In this document: positions 1 through 8,798 of the stretch, one piece after another
Position numbering within the stretch: position 1 is the stretch's first letter
Layout: each line of letters opens with the position of its first letter
Source of the DNA: Chlamydiia bacterium
GTDB taxonomy: Bacteria; Chlamydiota; Chlamydiia; Chlamydiales; JAAKFQ01
DNA length: 26,789 bases
Direction of reading: 5' to 3'
Assembly: GCA_041688145.1 (NCBI GenBank)
Contig: JBDNIV010000014.1
Span: forward strand, 1-26,789
The notes under the pieces: generated by a model
The model's database searches: none
The model's input: only the letters and a program-made list of their open reading frames with translations
What the model was told of the DNA's origin: nothing
Translations under genes and position numbers: made by a program

Positions 1-911
1 AAAGCATCTGGAGCTGTTTTTTTCAACTGAAGCAAATGCTTTAAAAGGAAGGTTTTTACACGGCCATAGGTAAGAGGTTTATCATGATGAGCTCCCCCAA
101 GAGGTTCGGGCAATATTTCATCAATAAGGCCATTTTCTAAAAGATGCTCTGCTTGCAACTTAAGCATATCCGCTGCTTTCGTCTTTTTGCTCACATCTTT
201 CCAAAGGATAGAAGAGCAACCCTCGGGGCTAATCACAGAATAATAAGAATGCTCAAGCATCCCAATCACATCTCCTACACCCAGAGCAAGCGCTCCCCCT
301 GAGGCTCCCTCTCCAATTACAAGTACAACGATAGGCACTTTTAAGCGGGCCATCTCTAAGAGATTTGTGGCGATCACGGCACCTTGCCCTTTTTCCTCAG
401 CAGCAAGACCTGCGAAAGCGCCTGGCGTGTCGATAAGAGAGATGACAGGGATACCCAGCTTTTCAGCAAGCTTCATGACTCTTAAAGCTTTTCTAAAGCC
501 TTCTGGATTAGCATAGCCAAAATTACACTTTGTTCGGCTCTCAATATCACACCCTTTTTCTTGAGCTACAACCGCTACCTTTTGATCTCCAATGCGCCCA
601 AAACCTGCAATAATCGCATGATCATTACCTGCAATACGGTCCCCTGAAAGTTCCATGAATTCGTCGAAAAGCGTCTCGATATAATCAACAGAATGAGGGC
701 GATCAGGATGACGTGCAATCATAACACGCTCCCAAGCGCTTAAGTTGCTATAAACTTTTTCTTTAAGGCCCTTGAGCTTTTTCTCTAACTTTTTGATATC
801 TGAAGAGCTCATAAGCCCGCCTTCTTGAAAACGCGCTTGTGAGCGCAAATCTTCAAGAGTTGCTTCATACTCGACAATCTGTTTTTCATGAGGCAAAGGA
901 ATAGTCGCCAT
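1..911 (-). CDS. accA: Acetyl-CoA carboxylase carboxyltransferase subunit alpha (partial; runs off the left edge)
   Basis: Not in the ORF track. Manual translation from ATG at 911 gives MATIPLPHEKQIVEYE...LSAWERVMIARHPDRPHSVDYI, then ELSGDRIAGNDHAII, NFGYANPEGFRKALR, IDTPGAFAGLAAEEKGQG and IGEGASGGAL, all AccA motifs. Confidence 0.97.
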   Translation of the reverse strand, partial: MATIPLPHEKQIVEYEATLEDLRSQARFQEGGLMSSSDIKKLEKKLKGLKEKVYSNLSAWERVMIARHPDRPHSVDYIETLFDEFMELSGDRIAGNDHAIIAGFGRIGDQKVAVVAQEKGCDIESRTKCNFGYANPEGFRKALRVMKLAEKLGIPVISLIDTPGAFAGLAAEEKGQGAVIATNLLEMARLKVPIVVLVIGEGASGGALALGVGDVIGMLEHSYYSVISPEGCSSILWKDVSKKTKAADMLKLQAEHLLENGLIDEILPEPLGGAHHDKPLTYGRVKTFLLKHLLQLKKTAPDA

Positions 912-913
912 AA

Positions 914-1939
914 CTAGTTGTCTCCTATCTTGTTTACTGAAGAGGCCTTAAAAAGAGCTGAGTCATTAAAATCATGTACTATTTCTATCGTTGTGGGCTT
1001 TGTGATAACAATGGAGAAAAGCTCTTCCATATCTTCTTGAGCAAGTCTCACACAACCATCACTACTATACTTTCCAATTGTCGAAAGGTCTTCTTCCAGC
1101 TTGCCTGTCTCTGGGTTTACTTTCCATGCGCAGCCGTGAATACCATACCCTTTCGCAGGAGCACTAGCTCCTGAAATTGCTTTTGAAAAAGGAATCCAAC
1201 GCGTGCCTACAATACGCACCATCTCCCTTCTCTCAGATTTAAAATACCCCATTTTACCCGGTTTATACACGCCAATACGGTCGCCTAAGCTATACTTTCC
1301 AATTGGAGTGAGCGAACCTGAGGTGCGGCTTTCATTAAGTCTACCAAGGCCTACAGGGTAGTTTTTTATAAAAACCTTTTCGCCTGTCTCTAGGTCGATA
1401 TAATAAAACCACATATGCGAGCGCGACATATCGACAAGAATATAAAATTCAAAAGGCTTCTCGGGATCAAAAACATTAAAACAATCACCTGGGCGAAGCG
1501 TCTGCGTTTCATAGTCAGGGCACTTATTAAGACTCCTAGCAATAAAATGCTTCGATGTCTTGTAATGGCCCGCGTAGTCCCCAAGCCACGCTGATCTTCC
1601 TTTAATCCAAGAGACTCCAGGACGGTATTTTATAGTTTTCACAATAGGAAATTTAGACTCTCTTAAATCAAAAAGCTTCGCGATATAATCCCCTGTAGGC
1701 AAGCCTGTAAAGTCACTCACAGGCCACTGATCAGGTGCTTTTTCAAGCTCTTCTTGGCTTGTTCGCACCTCTTGCTCAGCACCATTTAATGAAGCGATCG
1801 CAACATCTTTACTATGAACAACTTCCGAATTAGCGGAAGTCCTATATTTGGAAGACTTCACCCCTTGGAAAGTGCCTAAAATCAGAGCTAATCCCAAGAA
1901 GCTCAAACCTAAAAAAACCGTTTTTTTCTTAATTGCCAT
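914..1939 (-). CDS. L,D-transpeptidase (YkuD family) with N-terminal membrane anchor and a degenerate LysM-like segment
   Basis: C-terminal YGIHG...SSDGCVRL catalytic His/Cys motif, YPVGLG and TPIGKY motifs, hydrophobic N-terminus. Stop codon lies 2 bp from the accA start. Confidence 0.88.
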   Translation of the reverse strand: MAIKKKTVFLGLSFLGLALILGTFQGVKSSKYRTSANSEVVHSKDVAIASLNGAEQEVRTSQEELEKAPDQWPVSDFTGLPTGDYIAKLFDLRESKFPIVKTIKYRPGVSWIKGRSAWLGDYAGHYKTSKHFIARSLNKCPDYETQTLRPGDCFNVFDPEKPFEFYILVDMSRSHMWFYYIDLETGEKVFIKNYPVGLGRLNESRTSGSLTPIGKYSLGDRIGVYKPGKMGYFKSERREMVRIVGTRWIPFSKAISGASAPAKGYGIHGCAWKVNPETGKLEEDLSTIGKYSSDGCVRLAQEDMEELFSIVITKPTTIEIVHDFNDSALFKASSVNKIGDN

Positions 1940-1970
1940 TGGAGATATCTACCTTTCAATTAAAGAGACG

Positions 1971-1999
1971 ATTATACCCTATTTTTTCATATTTTGCAA
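1971..1999 (-). promoter_or_regulatory. Sigma70/sigma66-type promoter for the L,D-transpeptidase-accA unit
   Basis: Minus strand reads TTGCAA-17 bp-TATAAT, about 30 bp upstream of the ATG at 1939. Confidence 0.75.
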
Positions 2000-2045
2000 T
2001 TTAGAACATCTAGCTTTTATAGGGATTGCTATTTAAAAATTTTAA

Positions 2046-2075
2046 TAGACACGAAGGTCAAAAACCCCTCATAAT
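2046..2075 (+). promoter_or_regulatory. Putative sigma70-type promoter for suhB
   Basis: TAGACA-18 bp-CATAAT ending 9 bp before the ATG at 2085. Confidence 0.4.
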
Positions 2076-2084
2076 AAGGCTATT

Positions 2085-2876
2085 ATGGAAAATTATGAAA
2101 TCTATCTAAAAGAAGCTATTTTTGCAGCTAGACTCGCTCAGCAGCTGCAAGCCTCTTACCAAGAGCAAGGATTCGATATTGAGTCTAAATCAACTCAATA
2201 TGACCTTGTTACAACCGCTGATAAAGAAGCTGAAAAAGTCATAGCTAATCACCTACTTTCAGCTTTCCCTGATCACAGTATGCTTGGCGAAGAGGGTGGC
2301 ATTACAGGCTCAGGGCCTTTTCGTTGGATTGTCGACCCTGTAGATGGCACAGTCAACTACGCACACGGCTTGCCGTGTTACAGCGTCTCTATTGGGCTTG
2401 AAATAGAAGGCAAGGTAGAAGTCGGTGTAATTATCGACTCTACACGTGATGACGTGTTTACAGCTATTCGAGGCAGGGGCGCTTTTATCAATGATAAACC
2501 TATCAAAGTTTCAAAAGTCACAAGCCTTAACCAAGCCATGCTTGCCACAGGCTTTTCTTACCGAATAGATCAAAGAAAAATCAACTTAGAATTTTTAGAT
2601 AAAACTATCGGCCGAGGCTTACCTGTACGCAGGCTAGGCAGCGCTGCTTTAGATTTAGCTTATGTTGCTATGGGCCGCTTTGATGGTTTTTGGGAGCTTG
2701 GCCTTTCTCCCTGGGATGCCGCTGCTGGTGTCTTGCTTGTAGAAGAGGCGGGTGGAAAGATCTCTACTCTAGAAAAAGGACCCTACCACTTAGGTGATGC
2801 CTCTATTGTAGCAACTAATGGACATATCCATGATGAGCTAGTAGACCTTTTACAAAGCCCTTCTTCCTCTTCTTAA
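2085..2876 (+). CDS. suhB: Inositol monophosphatase family protein (SuhB)
   Basis: DLVTTAD, LGEE, WIVDPVDGTVNY, RRLGSAALDLAYVA and WDAAAG..LVEEAGG motifs. Confidence 0.93.
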   Translation: MENYEIYLKEAIFAARLAQQLQASYQEQGFDIESKSTQYDLVTTADKEAEKVIANHLLSAFPDHSMLGEEGGITGSGPFRWIVDPVDGTVNYAHGLPCYSVSIGLEIEGKVEVGVIIDSTRDDVFTAIRGRGAFINDKPIKVSKVTSLNQAMLATGFSYRIDQRKINLEFLDKTIGRGLPVRRLGSAALDLAYVAMGRFDGFWELGLSPWDAAAGVLLVEEAGGKISTLEKGPYHLGDASIVATNGHIHDELVDLLQSPSSSS

Positions 2877-4873
2877 GAGAGCCATTTTTCAATAGCAGGC
2901 TTGGCTTTTACAAACATGGTATCTACAATTTTCATTGCATAAGTCATTCGATCAAAGTACTTCTTCAATAAAGCGCGCTCACGCACAATCATAGGTACTT
3001 CAAAAACAAGACGATGCAATAGCTCATAAAGGTCTTCTTCTCCTTTTCCATTTAGCTTATGCTGTATAAACATAAAAAGCCCTTCCATCAGCCCTGATTT
3101 ATCTATGCCATCTTTACACGTAAAGCTAAATGAACCTGCACTTGAAATAGAGAGTGCTTTCAGGCTAATTAAACTGTAGCTTATGTCGATAAAAGCCTTT
3201 CTCTCATCTAAGCTGAAGGTCTCTTTTAAACCAAAAAAATCCACATGGATCAGACTGAAAAGGTCTTTTAGCTGCTCCTCACCAAGCTTAGATTCTAGGG
3301 TTAAAGGAACCTGGCACTCCCCTTTTTTAAAAATCATACAAAAAGCATCGATAAAAGCTTTTGCTTTATTCAGACTTATCGCCTTGCCCTCTTGAGCGTA
3401 AAACTCTGAACCCATAGAAAGTCTAGCTAAGTTTAGCTGTCCTTTAAATTCTGGATTTTCACTTAAGTCAAAAAGAGCTGAGCTTCTTGCGGACTCAAAG
3501 CCATTTTTCATATCCTGAAGATCGATTGCGAGGTGCGTATGGTAAGGATCATGTCTTAAAAAACCGAGAAACTCTGGAGCCATCACTGCACGATTAATAT
3601 GAGATTGCATAATAGGACATGGCAAGCGCATAAGCTGTGAGCTTTTATTTTTAAGATTAGCTTCATCTAGAAGTGAGGGAAAATTTCCCATACCCCAAGG
3701 ATCAAAAAGAGCTTCTGATGCCTCTTCTTGCAAAAAGTCCCACACCTTAATCAAAGGGCCATGAACATAGTGATCTAGCTCTGAAGAAAAATGCTTATAT
3801 TCCCAAATAAGCTTATCAACGAGATCTTCGGAGTTTGCCTGCCGTCCATCACCCTTTTGACGCAGCGCTCCTCTTTTCACCAAGTCCTTGATAATAGAAA
3901 AGCGGCTATGATCGCTGATCATACGCACATGCAGCTCAAAACAAAGGGCGTGGGCTGATGCTATCAGACTTTTTTCATCAGCGCCTATTTTATCTTTATC
4001 TTCCACAAGCTCACCAAAATGCGCATGAGTAAGGGCTTGTCTTAAGAAATATAAGAAGTCTTTAAAGTAGTAGCTGCACGCTTTAACAGGCACATTGAGA
4101 AGAGAGTTTTTTTTGCTTGATGACAGCATAAGAGCCATAAGCGATTTTCTTAAAAAAAGGGCTACTTCCGCTTTTTTTCCACTAAAGCTCACTTTTAAAA
4201 AGCGATTCATAGGCTCTTTCAGGCGATCTATCACATTTTTTGAAAAAGTTTGTAAATCTCCATCATGCATCTCACTAAAGCTCAAAACAGGAGATAAATG
4301 GCTATCTGTATCTTCTAAAAGGGTGATGTCTATGCCTTCTCTCAAAAGTTCGGGCAAAAGATCGCTAAAGTAGTGGCCGCCTTTCTCCTTTTGAATAGAA
4401 AACAGCTCATAGTGTTCATCATTTTTAACGACTTCTAAGCTATCTAACAGCTCTCTTTTTCCTTGGACAGCTTCTCGTTTTTTCTCAAAAGCAAAGTCCT
4501 TAAGAGCTTTATACTCTTTAAGATCCATCACTTTTTGAAACTCTTCAGCTATTGACAAGGCGCCATAAGCCTCAATTTTTGCAATGGCAGCTAGTGTGAT
4601 CGCTAAAATTTGCTGCTCTTTTTTAAGCTGCCTTTCCCCTTCAACTTCCCGAAAATGAGTCCTCAGGTAGTCTAAAACCCCTTTAAGCACTGAAGTAAAT
4701 TCCTCTGGGCTATAGCCTCGAGAAAGCTTTTGCCACTCAGATTCTGCTAAAGATTCTGAGATATCACCGCTTGCGATCTCATGAAGGCTTACGCCTTGCA
4801 CAAAGTCTACAAGATGATAGACAGCCTCCATCATTTCATGGTTGCTATTAGCTGGCTTTCGTCCTCGCGTCAT
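2873..4873 (-). CDS. Large hypothetical protein with a C-terminal CX5R-like phosphatase P-loop (CKDGIDKSG)
   Basis: Long ORF. Start refined to ATG 4873 (MTRGRK) because AAGGAG lies 7 nt upstream of it. Carries HLAIDLQD and SFTCKDGIDKSG motifs. Function is inferred only. Confidence 0.8.
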   Translation of the reverse strand: MTRGRKPANSNHEMMEAVYHLVDFVQGVSLHEIASGDISESLAESEWQKLSRGYSPEEFTSVLKGVLDYLRTHFREVEGERQLKKEQQILAITLAAIAKIEAYGALSIAEEFQKVMDLKEYKALKDFAFEKKREAVQGKRELLDSLEVVKNDEHYELFSIQKEKGGHYFSDLLPELLREGIDITLLEDTDSHLSPVLSFSEMHDGDLQTFSKNVIDRLKEPMNRFLKVSFSGKKAEVALFLRKSLMALMLSSSKKNSLLNVPVKACSYYFKDFLYFLRQALTHAHFGELVEDKDKIGADEKSLIASAHALCFELHVRMISDHSRFSIIKDLVKRGALRQKGDGRQANSEDLVDKLIWEYKHFSSELDHYVHGPLIKVWDFLQEEASEALFDPWGMGNFPSLLDEANLKNKSSQLMRLPCPIMQSHINRAVMAPEFLGFLRHDPYHTHLAIDLQDMKNGFESARSSALFDLSENPEFKGQLNLARLSMGSEFYAQEGKAISLNKAKAFIDAFCMIFKKGECQVPLTLESKLGEEQLKDLFSLIHVDFFGLKETFSLDERKAFIDISYSLISLKALSISSAGSFSFTCKDGIDKSGLMEGLFMFIQHKLNGKGEEDLYELLHRLVFEVPMIVRERALLKKYFDRMTYAMKIVDTMFVKAKPAIEKWLS

Positions 4874-4989
4874 GAGCATGCTCCTTACACTCACTCATAC
4901 GCGATTTAGACTTAATTGATCAATGGGCAAAACTTTAAAGAAGATATAATTTTTTCTAATAAGACATTTGCAGCCTCTTCAGATTAAGC

Positions 4990-6537
4990 CTAATGAGGAT
5001 GCTTGTACTTTTTCATAGCCAGAGCCACAAAAACGATCACAAGCGCAACTACTACCCCTGAAGCGATATTCACTCCCCAAAAGGCTGTTAAAAAAGCGCC
5101 TTTAAGCGAGGCCTCTACCCAATGAGCTGCCGCACTTTTTAAGTGATGAAGCGCTCTGAGGGTATCTTGGCTTTTAGAAAAAAGCCCTTCGAACAAGTGA
5201 GGGTTGAGATTACCTGTCATTGGGTTTTTAGAAAGCAGGCTTTGAAAAGTATGAAACTGAATATTATTCAAAATAGAGCCTAAGAGAGCAACTCCCATAG
5301 TAGCACCCGCCCATCTGACAGCTCCAAGCGTCCCTGAAGCAGCCCCTCTTTTATCTATAGGCACTGAGCTAATAGCAGATGAGCTTGTTGGAGTGTTTAT
5401 AAGACCAATGCCACAGCCAAAAGTAACTAAGGCAGGAACAAGCATTGTAAAGCTTACAGCGAATTTATTTGCTGCAAACCAGACAAAGCTAAAAAAGAGT
5501 AACCCAAGACCAATAAGTATTGGTTTTTTAGGCCCAGACCTATCTGACATATGACCAGCTATTATGGGCACAGCAATAATAGGCAAACACGTTATAGAGG
5601 TAATCCACCCAGTTTCCATAGGGCTATAGCCTAAGATGTTTTGGAAGTAAAGGCCCCAGAAGACAGTGACCATAAGGACAAACTGCATAAAAAAAATGAT
5701 CACACATGAACAAGAAAAGGTTCTTACTCGAAATAAAGCCAAGTCAATAGCAGGGTGCAGCTCACGCTTATCAAGGTAATAAAACAAGAGAAATGATAGA
5801 ATAGTAGAGACTCCTATTGAGATAATAATGGGTGAGCTCCATCCCCACTCTCTTCCTTGCATAAGGATAACCACAAGACAAATAGTGCCTATAGCAAATG
5901 TTAAAAAACTGCCCCAGGAAAAGCGCTGGCGTACTCTTTTAGAAGGCTGCACAAACAGAAGAGCGAGGCCTATTCCAATCGCACTTACAGGAAGGTTAAT
6001 CCAAAAAATCCACCGCCAGCTCACATAGTTGGTTAAAAAGCCGCCTACGAGCGGACCTAAAGATAAAAACAGAGCGCCTGCACCCACATAGATGCCCATG
6101 GCCTTACCTCTTTGCCCCACAGCAAAGCTATCGATAATAATAGCCAGAGTAGCTGGACCCATAAGAGCCGCTCCTATGCCTTGTAAAGCCCGGCTGAAAA
6201 CAAGCCACTGTCCCGCAAAAGCCATCCCTCCTAAAGCAGAAGCAATAGCAAAAATAATAGATCCTAAGCAAAACATCCGGCGTCGACCTAAAAGATCCGC
6301 TAAGCGTCCTCCTGCAAGAACAAAAGCTGCAACGCTCAGCATGTAAGCATTAATAATCCACTGAAGCATTACATCAGAAACATGTAGATCTCTTTGAATC
6401 GTTGGCAGCGCTAAAGGAAGAACAGTCTGATCGATCATCATCATAGAGATACACGATGCCATAGCCCCAAGTGCCCACCACTTTCTATTTTTTTCTGCTA
6501 CGAAAGAAGAGAGTTTTGGAGGAGATTTTATTGCCAT
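4990..6537 (-). CDS. MFS drug/H+ antiporter, DHA2 (EmrB/QacA) family
   Basis: IDQTVLPLALPTI, LQWIINAY, GRLADLLGRRR (motif A), SRALQGIGAA and WRWIFWINLPV; about 14 hydrophobic segments. Confidence 0.93.
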   Translation of the reverse strand: MAIKSPPKLSSFVAEKNRKWWALGAMASCISMMMIDQTVLPLALPTIQRDLHVSDVMLQWIINAYMLSVAAFVLAGGRLADLLGRRRMFCLGSIIFAIASALGGMAFAGQWLVFSRALQGIGAALMGPATLAIIIDSFAVGQRGKAMGIYVGAGALFLSLGPLVGGFLTNYVSWRWIFWINLPVSAIGIGLALLFVQPSKRVRQRFSWGSFLTFAIGTICLVVILMQGREWGWSSPIIISIGVSTILSFLLFYYLDKRELHPAIDLALFRVRTFSCSCVIIFFMQFVLMVTVFWGLYFQNILGYSPMETGWITSITCLPIIAVPIIAGHMSDRSGPKKPILIGLGLLFFSFVWFAANKFAVSFTMLVPALVTFGCGIGLINTPTSSSAISSVPIDKRGAASGTLGAVRWAGATMGVALLGSILNNIQFHTFQSLLSKNPMTGNLNPHLFEGLFSKSQDTLRALHHLKSAAAHWVEASLKGAFLTAFWGVNIASGVVVALVIVFVALAMKKYKHPH

Positions 6538-6606
6538 AAGTTCCTTTTAACCCTTAATATGAATCTAGCCAACAAAATGCATAGCTAAGAGCAGAGTAAG
6601 GTCGCT

Positions 6607-7266
6607 ATGGTACTTGTCTCGATTATTTTTTTACTAGGCTTAAGCTTTGGCTCTTTAGCCTTTTCTACAGCAATAAATGGGATCACACCGACCCCCTCAT
6701 CTCAAGCTTCTGTCCAAGCTATGCTTGGATGCATACCTAAAGATACTGAAGTCATATACGATCTTGGATGTGGCTTTGGAGGATTGATTTTAAGTGCAGC
6801 GCGCACATGCCCAAGTGCCAAAGTAATTGGAATAGAAAACTCTTTTTTCCCTTTTATCATTGCTTACTTTAGGCAAAAAATAGGACGCGTTAAAAATCTA
6901 AAAATAGTGCGGGGAGATTTTTATAAAGCAGATTTTAACGCCTTAGCAGGCATTCTTAAAGAGTCCTATGAAGATATCGCAATGCACCTTCGTGAAGATG
7001 GCTTTAGAAAAAAACCTAAAAAGGTTTTTTTAGCCTACCTGTGTACAGGCGCTATGGAAAAGCTGAAGCCAACGTTAAAAAAAGAGCTGAAAGAAGGAAG
7101 CATACTGATTTCAAATTTCTTTAAGGTGCATGGCTGGAAACAAAGTTCATTCGAAGATTGTTTTTTAGACAAAACAAAGCCCAATAGAGACGTCTTTGTT
7201 TATACCTCAAAATCTGTCTTAGACCCATTTGCCTTAAGCCAGTCGATGATATCATCTGATTCATAG
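6607..7266 (+). CDS. Membrane-anchored class I SAM-dependent methyltransferase
   Basis: N-terminal hydrophobic helix, PTPSS, IYDLGCGFG (motif I), VIGIENS, GDFYKAD and LISNFF. Confidence 0.85.
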   Translation: MVLVSIIFLLGLSFGSLAFSTAINGITPTPSSQASVQAMLGCIPKDTEVIYDLGCGFGGLILSAARTCPSAKVIGIENSFFPFIIAYFRQKIGRVKNLKIVRGDFYKADFNALAGILKESYEDIAMHLREDGFRKKPKKVFLAYLCTGAMEKLKPTLKKELKEGSILISNFFKVHGWKQSSFEDCFLDKTKPNRDVFVYTSKSVLDPFALSQSMISSDS

Positions 7267-7625
7267 AGCGCTTTGCCATCAATAATAAGACAAGGCACTT
7301 GCTTTTTCCCGCCTAGATTCACTAGCTCTGTTGCCTTTTCCTGATCGCTAGTATCTTCTAGAGGCACAATGATTCCAGCTTCATCAATGTACTTAATGAC
7401 CTTTTTACAAAAAGGGCATGTAGGCTTGTAATATAGAGTCAGTTCATGAGCCTTCATAGGGTTTCCTTTGGCCTTTATAATTTGATGTAATTCTTTCTGG
7501 GTAGAAGAAGAGGCTTTACTTGCGTAACAAATTTGCAAAAATAGAGTTGCAGCAATTGTAAAAATTCCAAGTGCTCTAATGCCTTTTGACAACCTAAAAA
7601 AATTCTTTGACAACACGTCTTTCAC
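7200..7625 (-). CDS. Dithiol glutaredoxin-like protein (CPFC), with possible N-terminal signal peptide
   Basis: LYYKPTCPFCKKV, QVPCL (cis-Pro) and LYESDDII. Alternative in-frame ATG at 7457. Confidence 0.88.
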   Translation of the reverse strand: MKDVLSKNFFRLSKGIRALGIFTIAATLFLQICYASKASSSTQKELHQIIKAKGNPMKAHELTLYYKPTCPFCKKVIKYIDEAGIIVPLEDTSDQEKATELVNLGGKKQVPCLIIDGKALYESDDIIDWLKANGSKTDFEV

Positions 7626-7801
7626 TGTGGCCTGTTTCTCCTAAATTCCTACTCTTTATTCTACCTTATACAAGGCTTTTTTTGCTATTAGGCTGCTGGT
7701 CTGAAAATTGCATATCTACCTAGACTTGAATAGCGCTTTTTGGTAGCGTTTCTTACAGTTTTTATCATATTTATAAAACCCAGATAAATAGGGAATCTTT
7801 T

Positions 7802-8770
7802 ATGTCTTATCGCCGCTTTTTTAACCGCTCACTACTGCCTTTTGCAATCCTGTGCATCTGTGCAACAACTCCTTTCTATACTCATGCTAACGCCCCTAGC
7901 CAAGAGTCTTCAAAGAAATCCCCCTCTTCTTCTTTGAAGCTTATCTCAGGCTCTGTCGAACATCCCATACTATCTCAGCCTTTTACTGAGCTTTTAGAAT
8001 ATTTAGAAGTACCCTACGAAAAAGACAATCTTGACTCTCTTATGCAAGCACTTAAAGTGCGCTTTGACAGAGGCAGTCGCGAGATCTGGGAAATCCCCAA
8101 TAAAGAGATTAAAGATAAGGCAACTGTTTTTTCTCTTCTTGAAAAAGTAGGCGTCCTATCTGAAGTACATCCCAAACATGCCCATTATGACTACGCTGTT
8201 GTGCTTGGAGCAACCTGTGTACGTATGCAAAAGCGTTTGGCTCACTTAGATCGTCTTTATAAATCAGGCGTTCGATTTGATCGTATTATTTTGCTCAGCT
8301 CAGAAAGGCCACTAAACCCAGAAATCGAAAGTAAAGAACAGATCTTAAAAGCAGCAGAAAATGTTCCTGCTTTATCTTATGATGGGAAAGGCCCCTTACC
8401 AACAACTGAAGGAGAAGCTTTTGCCTTTTACCTCAAGCATCTTTCACTAGACTCAGAGCTAAAAAAAATTCCCTGCACACAAGCGTCTGCCTCTATGGAA
8501 GAAAAAGCGCCTAACCACTTGCGTCCTAACACAGCTGATTCTGTTTGGAAATGGCTTAAGGCAAACCCTAAGCCAGGGTCTGCTCTTGTAATTTCGAACC
8601 AACCTTACGTAGGGTATCAAGGCCAGGTTTTACAGAATCTTTTACCAGAAAGTTTTTTAGTAGACACTGTGGGAGAAAAAGCTACACCTGATTACGAAAC
8701 TATGACCGTTCTTAACGCTCTTTACCGATGGTTCCAAACAGAGTATGAGGTACTAAAGGAGCGTAAATAA
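7802..8770 (+). CDS. Secreted hypothetical protein, divergent DUF218/YdcF-like
   Basis: Sec signal (…FYTHA), Ser-rich linker, and YAVVLGA, TTEGEA, RPNTADS, LVISNQPY in the order of DUF218 motifs. Confidence 0.65.
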   Translation: MSYRRFFNRSLLPFAILCICATTPFYTHANAPSQESSKKSPSSSLKLISGSVEHPILSQPFTELLEYLEVPYEKDNLDSLMQALKVRFDRGSREIWEIPNKEIKDKATVFSLLEKVGVLSEVHPKHAHYDYAVVLGATCVRMQKRLAHLDRLYKSGVRFDRIILLSSERPLNPEIESKEQILKAAENVPALSYDGKGPLPTTEGEAFAFYLKHLSLDSELKKIPCTQASASMEEKAPNHLRPNTADSVWKWLKANPKPGSALVISNQPYVGYQGQVLQNLLPESFLVDTVGEKATPDYETMTVLNALYRWFQTEYEVLKERK

Positions 8771-8798
8771 GAGTCTTTAAAACCAAGCCTCTATTGCG

